Source: an uncultured Spirochaetota bacterium
Lineage (GTDB): Bacteria; Spirochaetota; Brevinematia; Brevinematales; JAOACQ01
Direction of reading: 5' to 3'
Length of the DNA stretch: 64,000 nt
Assembly (NCBI GenBank): GCA_963783575.1
Contig: CAWAOD010000018.1
Location: 96,001-160,000 of the forward strand
Position numbers and translations under genes: made by a program. Of the stretch, positions 10,342 to 20,106 are shown piece by piece. Each line of letters begins with the position of its first letter. Positions within the stretch are counted from its first letter, which is position 1. Under the pieces are notes generated by a model. The model saw only the letters and a program-made list of their open reading frames with translations, was not told where the DNA came from and ran no database searches.

Positions 10342-11010
10342 ATGATAGTTATCTATATAGATCATCATTACATGTCTTATCAAAAGACAAATGAAATTCA
10401 AGCAATTAATATCGATTTATCTAACATATCTGATAGTCTTATTAAAAAAGAAAGGATGTTTATTTACCATAAAAAGGGAGATAAATCAGATATTGTTTAT
10501 CAACTATCCCTAACCGGTATTACAAATTCAGAATCAGTTTCCGGAGAATACAGGTATTATTTTGGAGAAATAAAATCTTTGAATGATCTACGATTCGACT
10601 GCTGGCCGATTGATGGAGGCATGTGGAAGATAAGCTCATATTTCGGTGAAAGAGTTAATCCGATGACTGAATTAAATGAGCAGTATCATTCGGGGATTGA
10701 TATAGCATCAAAAAAAGGTACTCCCGTTAAAGCGCCGGCCCCTGGTAAAGTTATTCAGGTATTTGATGTGCCTAAAGAATTCGATTTCACTGCCGGATAC
10801 GGTAGTTTTATAGTTATTGAACATTTTGATGGTTCAATAACTACAATTTATGGACATCTTGGAAAGATTTTAGTCAATAACGGCAAGTTTGTAAAAGCAG
10901 GCGAAATAATAGGAAAGGTTGGCGTTTCCGGAGGAGCAACCGGCCCTCATCTTCATTTTGAAGTAAGGAAAAACAATCATCCGGTGGATCCGATGAAATA
11001 TCTGGAATAA
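10342..11010 (+). CDS. M23-family metallopeptidase
   Basis: HSGIDIA..KGTPVKA, YGHL, GATGPHLHFEVR, PVDPMKYL. Confidence 0.9.
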   Translation: MIVIYIDHHYMSYQKTNEIQAINIDLSNISDSLIKKERMFIYHKKGDKSDIVYQLSLTGITNSESVSGEYRYYFGEIKSLNDLRFDCWPIDGGMWKISSYFGERVNPMTELNEQYHSGIDIASKKGTPVKAPAPGKVIQVFDVPKEFDFTAGYGSFIVIEHFDGSITTIYGHLGKILVNNGKFVKAGEIIGKVGVSGGATGPHLHFEVRKNNHPVDPMKYLE

Positions 11011-11018
11011 ATGATCTT

Positions 11019-14000
11019 TTAAATCTGGTTTTTATAATATTCTTGAATGGATTTCACCTTAAGCCCTTCTTTACCGAAAGAATCCAGCGCTTCGGCAAGG
11101 GCTATCATAGCTTGGACTGTTGTAAACAGAGGAATCCTTAGCGTTATTGCGGTTTTTCTCAAATAGGTATCGTCAACATGGGCTTGTTTACCTACGGGTG
11201 TATTGAATATCATATTTATATTACCGTTTTTCATTTCATCGGAAATATCTGGCCTCCCTTCTCCCAATTTATAAATAGTGCCGCATTCAATGTTATTTTC
11301 TTTTAAATATCGAGCCGATCCAGGTGTAGCTATCAAATTATATCCCATTTTAATTAATTTTCTCAAGGGGTCTACAATTTTGGGCTTGTCCATATCGTTC
11401 ACTGTTACCAGAATAGTTCCGCTTGAAGGCAGTACTAGACCGGCGGCTATTTGTGATTTTAAAAATGCAGGCCCATAATTTATATCAATCCCCATCACTT
11501 CCCCAGTTGATTTCATTTCCGGACCGAGGATCGCATCTACATCCGGAAATTTATTAAAAGGAATAACCACTTCTTTTACAGAAATATATGAGGGTTCCCT
11601 ATATTTTGATATACCGAGGTCTTTCAGAGTATATCCTATCAATACCTTTGAAGCGATTTTCGCCCATTGGATTCCCGTGGCTTTGCTGACAAATGGAACG
11701 GTTCTTGAAGCACGAGGATTTACTTCTATAAAGTACAATTCATTATCCTTAATTGCAAACTGAATATTCATCAAACCTTTCACACCAAGGGCCTTGCCAA
11801 CTTTAACAGACTGACGTTCAATCTCATTCAACATATCAATATCAATTGTAATCGGCGGCAGAACCATTGCACTGTCGCCAGAATGAATTCCCGCTTCCTC
11901 AATATGCTGCATGATTCCGGCAACAACAACCTCGCTCCCGTCACCAACAGCATCGACATCTATTTCCTGTGCATTTTCCAAAAACTTATCGATAAGAACA
12001 GGGCCGTCTTTAAGAAATTCCGCCTCATCCCTCATATATTTTGAAAGTTCTTCATAACTATAAACAATCAACATGGCCCTTCCGCCAAGAACGTATGAAG
12101 GACGTGCCAGTATGGGGTAACCGATTTTATCTGCAATATCGGTAGCTTCACGGATATTTTTCGCAGTTGCGGATGGAGGCTGTTTAAAATTAAGACTAAT
12201 TATCAAATCATGGAACCTATCACGGTCCTCGGCAATATCAATTGCTTCCGGAGAGGTTCCAAGTATATTTACGCCTGCTTTAAATAATGGAAGAGCTAAT
12301 TTTAGAGGAGTTTGGCCTCCGAATTGAAGAACTATGCCGGACGGCTTTTCTTTTTCATATATATTCATCACATCTTCAAATGTCAGCGGTTCGAAATAAA
12401 GCTTATCGGATATATCATAATCCGTTGAAACTGTTTCAGGATTTGAATTAACCATAATAGTTTCATATCCTTCTTCCCGTAAAGCCATTGAACAATGGAC
12501 ACAGGCATAATCAAACTCTATTCCCTGACCGATACGGTTAGGCCCACTCCCAAGTATCATAACTTTTTTATTAACGGTGGGAAATGCCTCATCCTCATCT
12601 TCGTAAGTAGAATAAAAATAGGGAGTTTTCGCCTGGAATTCGGCAGCGCATGTATCAACCAGTTTATATGTCGGTTCAACTCCAATTGTTTTTCTATAAT
12701 TCCTTATATCAGTTTCATTAAGCCCTTTCTCCAGTAATTTTGAAAGCTGTTTGTCGGAAAAACCGTATTGCTTGATGATTTTCATTTCTTCAGATCCGAT
12801 TCCCCGAAGCTTTTTCCCTTCTATTTCATCTTCAAGATCTAAGATTTCTTTCATATTATAGATAAACCATTTATCAATTTTTGTATATTGATATATCTCA
12901 TCTAAAGAAAAACCAAGCTTCAAAGCGTCTTTTATATAAAGGATCCTTTCCGGATTCGGAATCCTGAGTTTTTCAGGAATTATTCGCCTGATCTCTTCAT
13001 TAGTAATTTCTGATTTTTTATAAAGCGCATACTCAAGCCCGCTCAGATTATTTTCAAGCGATCTCAGTCCCTTCTGAAGCGCCTCTTTAAAAGTACGGCC
13101 TATAGACATCACTTCACCGACCGATTTCATCTGAGTTCCGAGTATTGGCCTTGTTTCTTTGAATTTCTCGAAATTAAATCTCGGGATTTTAACAACGACA
13201 TAATCAAGAGTCGGTTCAAACGAAGCGGGTGTTTCTTTGGTAATATCATTTGGTATTTCGTCAAGTGTATAACCGACAGAAAGCTTTGCAGCGAATTTAG
13301 CGATCGGGAAACCCGTGGCTTTTGACGCAAGAGCCGAACTTCTCGAAACGCGTGGGTTCATTTCAATAACTACAACATCGCCATTATCGGGATTAACGGC
13401 AAACTGTATATTCGAACCTCCGGTATCAACTCCGATTTCCCTAATAATTGCTATTGAATAATCCCTGAGCCTTTGATATTCTTTATCAGTAAGAGTTTGT
13501 GCTGGAGCAACTGTTATTGAATCACCTGTATGGACTCCCATCGGATCAAAATTCTCAATAGAGCAAATTATTACGACATTATCTTTCTTATCACGCATCA
13601 CCTCAAGCTCGAATTCCTTCCAGCCAATCAGTGATTTATCAATTTGAACCTCATTTTTTATGCTTTGATCCAGCCCGCGCTTGATGATTGCCCTGAACTC
13701 ATCGATATTGTATGCAATTCCTCCACCAGTACCGCCGAGAGTATACGCCGGTCTTATTATATTAGGAAAACCAATTTTATCAACAACTTCAAGGGCCTGT
13801 TCCATGGAATGAACAATACAACTTTCCGGAACTTTCAAACCGATTTTTATCATGGCTTTATTAAACTCTTCCCGGTCTTCGCCTTTCTTGATAGCCTCAT
13901 AATTTGCGCCAATCATCTCAACATTATATTTATCCAGAATTCCGCATTCATAAAGCTCAACTGCTGCATTAAGAGCAGTCTGCCCTCCAAGGGTCGGAAG

Positions 14001-14258
14001 AAGTGCATCGGGACGTTCTTTTTCAATTATTTTTTCAAGAAATTCAATTGTGATAGGCTCAATGAAAGTTTTATCGGCAATCTCAGGATCGGTCATAATA
14101 GTAGCCGGATTTGAATTGATTAATATAACTTCATATCCTTCTTCTTTGAGTGCTTTGCAAGCCTGTGTCCCGGAATAATCAAATTCACAAGCCTGCCCGA
14201 TTATAATAGGACCTGCTCCAATAATCATTATTTTTTTAATATCTTCCCTTTTCGGCAT
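11019..14258 (-). CDS. carB: Carbamoyl-phosphate synthase large subunit
   Basis: [27 protein letters not shown], duplicated ATP-grasp halves ([15 protein letters not shown]), C-terminal MGS domain; 1079 aa. Confidence 0.98.
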   Translation of the reverse strand: MPKREDIKKIMIIGAGPIIIGQACEFDYSGTQACKALKEEGYEVILINSNPATIMTDPEIADKTFIEPITIEFLEKIIEKERPDALLPTLGGQTALNAAVELYECGILDKYNVEMIGANYEAIKKGEDREEFNKAMIKIGLKVPESCIVHSMEQALEVVDKIGFPNIIRPAYTLGGTGGGIAYNIDEFRAIIKRGLDQSIKNEVQIDKSLIGWKEFELEVMRDKKDNVVIICSIENFDPMGVHTGDSITVAPAQTLTDKEYQRLRDYSIAIIREIGVDTGGSNIQFAVNPDNGDVVVIEMNPRVSRSSALASKATGFPIAKFAAKLSVGYTLDEIPNDITKETPASFEPTLDYVVVKIPRFNFEKFKETRPILGTQMKSVGEVMSIGRTFKEALQKGLRSLENNLSGLEYALYKKSEITNEEIRRIIPEKLRIPNPERILYIKDALKLGFSLDEIYQYTKIDKWFIYNMKEILDLEDEIEGKKLRGIGSEEMKIIKQYGFSDKQLSKLLEKGLNETDIRNYRKTIGVEPTYKLVDTCAAEFQAKTPYFYSTYEDEDEAFPTVNKKVMILGSGPNRIGQGIEFDYACVHCSMALREEGYETIMVNSNPETVSTDYDISDKLYFEPLTFEDVMNIYEKEKPSGIVLQFGGQTPLKLALPLFKAGVNILGTSPEAIDIAEDRDRFHDLIISLNFKQPPSATAKNIREATDIADKIGYPILARPSYVLGGRAMLIVYSYEELSKYMRDEAEFLKDGPVLIDKFLENAQEIDVDAVGDGSEVVVAGIMQHIEEAGIHSGDSAMVLPPITIDIDMLNEIERQSVKVGKALGVKGLMNIQFAIKDNELYFIEVNPRASRTVPFVSKATGIQWAKIASKVLIGYTLKDLGISKYREPSYISVKEVVIPFNKFPDVDAILGPEMKSTGEVMGIDINYGPAFLKSQIAAGLVLPSSGTILVTVNDMDKPKIVDPLRKLIKMGYNLIATPGSARYLKENNIECGTIYKLGEGRPDISDEMKNGNINMIFNTPVGKQAHVDDTYLRKTAITLRIPLFTTVQAMIALAEALDSFGKEGLKVKSIQEYYKNQI

Positions 14259-14656
14259 AAAATCCCCAATTTTACAAAAAGTACAATTAAGAATAGATTA
14301 TTTAAAAAAACAATATTTAATCTTTATTTCACAATATGGTTTTTTATGTTAGATATTTAAGAATTATGAAGATATTAAATTCCTTAGTAACAATTGTTCA
14401 AAAAAATAATCTATATATTCGATAGGCATAATTAATATGCTTCAACAATATAACTGTTAAATATTTTTCCATAATTTGTCGAAATTTAGCTGTTTATTAA
14501 AATACTATATTCTTATTATTATTTATTATATTATAATATATTATAAATTCAATTGAAGAAATTGTCATTTTTCAGAAATTATTATTGGAAAATAATTAGT
14601 AATTTATATAAATTTTCGGTCTTCTTCAGGAAAAATAAATTTCTATAAGGTGTAGA

Positions 14657-16027
14657 ATGCTATTAAACACTATCATTTTTATATTATCTTTATTCTTAAC
14701 TCTAAATCAAATAATTAATTTTATCCCAGCCGCTGTTTTATGTGTTATTGTGATAATGATTTCAATTTTTACTAAAAAGCCGATATTAATTATTTTTTTA
14801 ATTGCGGGGTTGTTATCCGGTTATTTCAGCGGCATTGGAATTCATAATTCCTCAAAAGATTTACCGGATAAAGGATTTGCACACTCATTTTTAATAATCA
14901 GTGATTTCCCCGAATTAAGGGAAGACGGCCAATACCAGGTACATTCGGGCAATATAAAAATAATTTCAACAAATGCCTACACAACTTATAAAACACAGAC
15001 TGTTGAAGTCTTTGGTTATATAAGTTCATTTCAATTCGGAAATCAGCTTTATTATAATATCTACGCCAAAAATATCATACAAGTCAAAGAAGGGTTATTT
15101 TTTCTGAAACTGATTTCAAATTTAAGGAAATGGGTAAACGATAAAATCGAAACTACTGTCAATCCTGATATTAAATCGCTATTATATTGCATGATACTTG
15201 CCAATACAAACTTTGTTGATTTCTCTACAGCACAAACCTTCAAAATGACAGGTGTTGTTCACTTACTGGCAATTTCCGGCTTAAATGTTGCCATTATTGC
15301 AATCGGTATCCTGTTCATATTAAAAAAATTTATGAAAAATCACCCGGCATATTTGATTACAACCGTTATTATAATACTATATATTGCCCTGGCTGGTTTT
15401 GGGGCTTCTATAATGCGCGCAGGCTTGATGTTCATTATATATAATATTTTTAAATTATCCGGGAGGGATACTGATTTTTTTGATATAATATTGGCTTCCT
15501 TTATTATTGTGCTTACTTATAATCCTTTATTTATAATCAATCCCGGTTTCTGGTTAAGTTATACTGCGGTGATAGGAATCTATTTTTTTATAGAAATTAT
15601 TAAGAAGTGTTTTTTATTTTCAGGAAAGTTTATTTCTGAAATGATATCTGTTACTTTATCGGCAAATATCAGCACCATGCCGGTTCTTTTATACTGCTTC
15701 AAAGGCGTAAGCATTATATCTCCAATAGCTAATCTAATAATAGTCCCGGCTTTTAATCTCCTGACATATCTGCTTTTTGTGGAATTTATTTTTTTAATAA
15801 CAGGATTCACAATATTAAATCCTGCATTGGAATTTATCATAATGATTCTTTGGCGATTTTCACAAAAATCTGCTGAAATCCTTTCGTTTGTTCCTATGGC
15901 TTATCAAACAGTAAAAACATTTACTTTAACCGACCTTGCGGCAGCATATATATTAATTGCAGGTGTATTTTTCATATTGCCTAAAATACGTTATTATTTT
16001 ACACTTAAATTTTTAGATAATCAATAA
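14657..16027 (+). CDS. comEC: ComEC/Rec2-family competence membrane protein (no C-terminal beta-lactamase domain)
   Basis: TGVVHLLAISGLNV, ASIMRAGLM, PGFWLSY, SPIANLIIVP; multi-TM; 456 aa. Confidence 0.85.
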   Translation: MLLNTIIFILSLFLTLNQIINFIPAAVLCVIVIMISIFTKKPILIIFLIAGLLSGYFSGIGIHNSSKDLPDKGFAHSFLIISDFPELREDGQYQVHSGNIKIISTNAYTTYKTQTVEVFGYISSFQFGNQLYYNIYAKNIIQVKEGLFFLKLISNLRKWVNDKIETTVNPDIKSLLYCMILANTNFVDFSTAQTFKMTGVVHLLAISGLNVAIIAIGILFILKKFMKNHPAYLITTVIIILYIALAGFGASIMRAGLMFIIYNIFKLSGRDTDFFDIILASFIIVLTYNPLFIINPGFWLSYTAVIGIYFFIEIIKKCFLFSGKFISEMISVTLSANISTMPVLLYCFKGVSIISPIANLIIVPAFNLLTYLLFVEFIFLITGFTILNPALEFIIMILWRFSQKSAEILSFVPMAYQTVKTFTLTDLAAAYILIAGVFFILPKIRYYFTLKFLDNQ

Positions 16028-16046
16028 AACCAAGAACAAACTATTG

Positions 16047-16487
16047 TCAATACCCCGAAATTCCTGTGCTGCCAAAGCCGCCATTACCCCTGACTGTAAA
16101 TGATAATTCTTCTTCAATTTGAAACTTACATTTAATAATGGGAGAAATTATCATCTGCGCTATCCTGTCATGATTCTTTATCAGAAAATCATTTTGCCCA
16201 AGATTTATCATTATTATCTTTACCTCACCCCTATAGTCAGAATCGATTGTACCTGGGGCATTCGGAATGGATATTCCCCTCACAGCCAGACCGCTTCTGG
16301 GACGGATCTGGGCCTCATAACCTTCAGGGATTTCAATTGAGAAACCAGAAGGAATTATCTTTATTTCCATAGGCTTGATTAATATTTCCGAATCCAGACA
16401 TGCACAAATATCGGCACCGGCACTAAGTGTTGTTTTATATTCCGGTAAAATTGCGTTCTTATGAAGCAATTTGATTTTTATAACCAT
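16047..16487 (-). CDS. dut: dUTP diphosphatase
   Basis: SAGADI, QIRPRSGLA, NAPGTIDSDYRGE, DRIAQM, RGNGGFGSTG. Confidence 0.96.
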   Translation of the reverse strand: MVIKIKLLHKNAILPEYKTTLSAGADICACLDSEILIKPMEIKIIPSGFSIEIPEGYEAQIRPRSGLAVRGISIPNAPGTIDSDYRGEVKIIMINLGQNDFLIKNHDRIAQMIISPIIKCKFQIEEELSFTVRGNGGFGSTGISGY

Positions 16488-16506
16488 ATATAATCCTTTT
16501 AGCCAA

Positions 16507-18330
16507 TTATTTTATTTTAAAAATATACCTTTTAACTTTTTTACTTGAAGTTTTAGGTAATTCTTCATTTGTTATTTCAAATCCCCTCAAATGTTTATAA
16601 TTAGCCATTTTATCAGTATAATTTTTAATTTCTTTTCCAATTAATTCTATAATTTCTTTTTCGGTATAGCTTTTCTTATGTTCATTCTCCAGTACTGTAA
16701 CCGCTTCAAAATTTGGATAAATAATTGCATAAGGATACTCTCCGCTGTCACCTTCCGATTTTCCCGTTACCAGAACTTCCGAGATATACTCACTCTCAAG
16801 AAGCTTATTTTCTATCTCCTCAGGATAAATATTCTTTCCTCCTTTTGTAACTATGATATTCTTCATTCTACCGCTGATATATATAAATCCGTCACTATCC
16901 ATCCTGGCAATATCTCCTGTATGGAACCATCCATCCCGGTCTATTACTTCGGATGTAAGACTTGGTTGATTATAATAACCGGACATAATGTGCGGTCCCC
17001 TTGTAAGTAGCTCACCATTTCCGCTTTCATCGGGATTTTCTATTTTAACCTCAACATTACACAAAGGAAGCCCTACTGAACCGGGTTTATTATGTTCCGG
17101 GAAAGTGCTTGATACAACCGGAGAAGTTTCTGTTAATCCATAACCCTGCATAATTGTCAAACCTAAAATCTCCATACCATCAATAATTTCTTTTGGAATC
17201 GGCCCTGCACCCGATATAAAAAATTTCAAGTTTGTAACACCAAGCTGTTCCCTTAAGCTTTTGAACAAAACATACCCGATTTTTTTACCAAGAATTTTAT
17301 AAAAAAACCGGCTGATATTAAATAAAATGCTGAAAATAATATGAATTATTATTCCTTTTTCCATAACATTAATAAATATATTTTTATATATTTTCTCTAT
17401 TAGAATGGGTACCGCTGGTATGCATGTAGCCCCGGTTTCTTTCATCGTTTGTATAAGAATATTCGGCCTTAATGTTGGAATAGTGGTGATCTGGGCATAA
17501 GTCAATATAGGCAAAATTACACCTAATATTGTCGGATAAGTATGATGATAAGGCAGTACAATAATCCAATTGTCACCCGGCCCAAGTTTTGTCCCCATAT
17601 GAAGTCCGTCTGCATTGGAAATCAGGTTGCTATGGGTTAATAAAACCCCTTTAGGCAAACCCGTTGTTCCGGATGTAAAGATAAGTGCTGCTATATCCCC
17701 CGGCATAACTGATGATTTCTCATAATGGTTAATATGATTTTGAAATAGATAATTTCCTATTTTATATATTGAATTAAATAATATAAATCTGGAATTTTTA
17801 AATGGAAATTTTTCTTTGATTTCAATATTTTCAATTTCAAATATTCTTTCTTTAAAATTATCAGCTGTTATTTCTTCTTTATTAGATTTATAAGATGATT
17901 CTAAATCTTCATATAAATAATGATTTTCATCAAATAAAATAATTTTTTTTAACATCATTACATGCTGTTGAATATCAATAATTTTATCTACATATGAATT
18001 AGAAGTAAATATCATCGATACTTCGCTGGCTTTTACAATATGTATTAATTCATCTGTGCTAAGGAGAATGTCATATGGAACAATTACTGCTCCAATACAA
18101 GTAACAGCCAAATAAGTTATAGCCCATTCAATCCTGTTTTCCGATATTACTCCAATCCTGTCACCTTTTTTTATCCCCATTTGCACTAATGCATTACCCA
18201 GATTCATTATATAATGGCGAAGTTCCCCGTAATTCAATCTCCAGTATGTTTCATTAACTTTCATTTGTAAAGCAGGTAAATTTAATTTATTATCTTCAAA
18301 ATTATCAATTATTTCTCTAAGGGTTTTCAT
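16507..18330 (-). CDS. Long-chain fatty acid--CoA ligase (AMP-binding family)
   Basis: IFTSGTTGLPKGV, QGYGLTETSP, GWFHTGD, GRMKNIIVTKGGKNIYPEEIE. The start at ATG 18330 is my choice and is uncertain. Confidence 0.88.
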   Translation of the reverse strand: MKTLREIIDNFEDNKLNLPALQMKVNETYWRLNYGELRHYIMNLGNALVQMGIKKGDRIGVISENRIEWAITYLAVTCIGAVIVPYDILLSTDELIHIVKASEVSMIFTSNSYVDKIIDIQQHVMMLKKIILFDENHYLYEDLESSYKSNKEEITADNFKERIFEIENIEIKEKFPFKNSRFILFNSIYKIGNYLFQNHINHYEKSSVMPGDIAALIFTSGTTGLPKGVLLTHSNLISNADGLHMGTKLGPGDNWIIVLPYHHTYPTILGVILPILTYAQITTIPTLRPNILIQTMKETGATCIPAVPILIEKIYKNIFINVMEKGIIIHIIFSILFNISRFFYKILGKKIGYVLFKSLREQLGVTNLKFFISGAGPIPKEIIDGMEILGLTIMQGYGLTETSPVVSSTFPEHNKPGSVGLPLCNVEVKIENPDESGNGELLTRGPHIMSGYYNQPSLTSEVIDRDGWFHTGDIARMDSDGFIYISGRMKNIIVTKGGKNIYPEEIENKLLESEYISEVLVTGKSEGDSGEYPYAIIYPNFEAVTVLENEHKKSYTEKEIIELIGKEIKNYTDKMANYKHLRGFEITNEELPKTSSKKVKRYIFKIK

Positions 18331-18465
18331 ATTTGTTGATTCTCTAACCTTATTAACCAGCATTTGAATCCTCTTTAATATACTGTGCAATTGAATTATT
18401 ATAACATTAACTTTTCATTATAACAATTTTATAATTATGCCAGAATATTAATATAGCCATATTTT

Positions 18466-18494
18466 TTGACAGAGATTAAAAAATAATTTAAAAT
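18466..18494 (+). promoter_or_regulatory. Sigma70-type promoter of the tRNA-Phe-rpmH-rnpA-yidD unit
   Basis: TTGACA (18466-18471) - 17 nt - TAAAAT (18489-18494), just upstream of the tRNA. Confidence 0.7.
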
Positions 18495-18510
18495 ACTTGC
18501 ACGTTTGTTT

Positions 18511-18583
<73 letters not shown>

Positions 18584-18609
18584 AATTAATATTTAAGGAG
18601 TTGATTATT

Positions 18610-18753
18610 ATGAAAAGAACATATCAGCCCAGCAGAATAAAACGAGCAAGGACGCATGGATTCAGAAGAAGAATGAAAACAAAGGATGGAAGAATTATTA
18701 TCAATAGAAGAAGATCCGAAGGAAGAAAAAGACTTTCAGTCTCTGATGAATAA
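18610..18753 (+). CDS. rpmH: 50S ribosomal protein L34
   Basis: [53 protein letters not shown] upstream. Confidence 0.96.
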   Translation: MKRTYQPSRIKRARTHGFRRRMKTKDGRIIINRRRSEGRKRLSVSDE

Positions 18754-19138
18754 CCAATCTCAAAGTTTTTCTATCAGTCGATCCATAAATTCGAATTCTT
18801 TCGGAAAAGAATTCAGAATTCAAATAAAAAAAGATTTTGATTACATTTATAATAAAGGTAATAAGTTATATGGTAAATATTATATTGCTTTTTATATAAA
18901 TTCAAAAATTAATCAATTAGGAATCTCAATTCCAAAAAAAATGGGCAATTCTGTCTTCAGGAATAGGCAAAAAAGAATTTTAAGAGAATTTTTCAGGGTA
19001 AAAAAAAATTATATTGATCAACCCATTAATATTATCTTTGTTTTAAAAAAAATCCCACCCGATGCCATATCTCAACAGATTGATATTAAGAGAGTATTTC
19101 AATGCCTTATGAATATCGAAAAACATTTCGAAAAATAA
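18746..19138 (+). CDS. rnpA: Ribonuclease P protein component
   Basis: [33 protein letters not shown] (RNR motif); position between rpmH and yidD. Confidence 0.88.
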   Translation: MNNQSQSFSISRSINSNSFGKEFRIQIKKDFDYIYNKGNKLYGKYYIAFYINSKINQLGISIPKKMGNSVFRNRQKRILREFFRVKKNYIDQPINIIFVLKKIPPDAISQQIDIKRVFQCLMNIEKHFEK

Positions 19139-19401
19139 TTATTTTTCCTTTTATTATTTATAAAAAATTAATTTCTCCGTTATTACCGAGGGCCTGTATT
19201 TATCAGCCTAGTTGCTCGGAATATATGAGATTTTCGATTATGAAATTCGGATTATTTAAAGGCACAATAATCGGAATAACAAGGATTTTACGATGCAACA
19301 GTGCTTTTTTTACTGGAGGTGAAGATTCTGTCCCTAACGAATTCAGTTTAAAAATAATAAAACTTGATTACAAAAAATATTACAGGTTTAATAATAAATA
19401 A
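19102..19401 (+). CDS. yidD: Membrane protein insertion efficiency factor YidD
   Basis: YKKLISPLLPRACIYQPSCSEY..RILRCN..GGED. Confidence 0.92.
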   Translation: MPYEYRKTFRKIIIFPFIIYKKLISPLLPRACIYQPSCSEYMRFSIMKFGLFKGTIIGITRILRCNSAFFTGGEDSVPNEFSLKIIKLDYKKYYRFNNK

Positions 19402-19449
19402 TTATTATTATTTTTAATTGATTATTTTATAAAGTAAGCTTCAAGCTTG

Positions 19450-20031
19450 TTAAATACCATAAGCAAAGGAAATGAAAAATCTAGCTCCGACAGTATAGTT
19501 TGGTACATCGGGTATCAAACCATATATTATTCGGATTCCAACTTTTGTAAAAAGATCGCCCGATATTTGCGCCGTCAGCTCCGGACCAAAATAAATTGAA
19601 AAGAAATTAATTTCCTTGTTTGACATTTGGTGATATATACTATTTAAGTCAACCAGGTATCCCGATAAAAAATTATTGTATAAAATTCCAAATCCCAAAG
19701 TTACCCCAGGCAAATAGAATTTCATTCCTCCACCCATTTCAATATAATCCCGTTCACCGTTACCTGTTACTGTAACACCGTTAACCGAATAATTTGTGAC
19801 CGGAATAGTTGTCTTAGCCATCTCAATTTGAAGTCCTAACCATTGATTCATAACATTTTCAAAAAAGACACCGCTACTCCAATCGCTTAAATAAGTATTT
19901 ACATAAAATTCACCGCCGCCCTGAAAACCGATAAGCTGCGTATAGAAACCTTTTATATTATCTTCTGTAAAAGCTATATTCAAAATAAAAAACAAAAAGA
20001 ACGATAGGAATACAATCCTTATTGATTTCAT
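19450..20031 (-). CDS. Exported hypothetical protein, possible small outer-membrane beta-barrel
   Basis: RBS GGAGG before ATG 20031; signal peptide MKSIRIVFLSFFLFFILNIAF; Gly/aromatic-rich alternating strands; C-terminus FFISFAYGI. Confidence 0.6.
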   Translation of the reverse strand: MKSIRIVFLSFFLFFILNIAFTEDNIKGFYTQLIGFQGGGEFYVNTYLSDWSSGVFFENVMNQWLGLQIEMAKTTIPVTNYSVNGVTVTGNGERDYIEMGGGMKFYLPGVTLGFGILYNNFLSGYLVDLNSIYHQMSNKEINFFSIYFGPELTAQISGDLFTKVGIRIIYGLIPDVPNYTVGARFFISFAYGI

Positions 20032-20106
20032 AAAACCTCCTGACAATGAAGCCGAATTTATCTTACTAAACATAGATCCATTTATCTTATTTTCGGAAAA
20101 CATATT

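Noticed and set aside
14259..14656. AT-rich spacer with palindrome TATATTATAATATA (14527-14540) as a possible oriC/DUE
   Set aside because: No TTATCCACA-type DnaA boxes seen; such palindromes are expected at this AT content.
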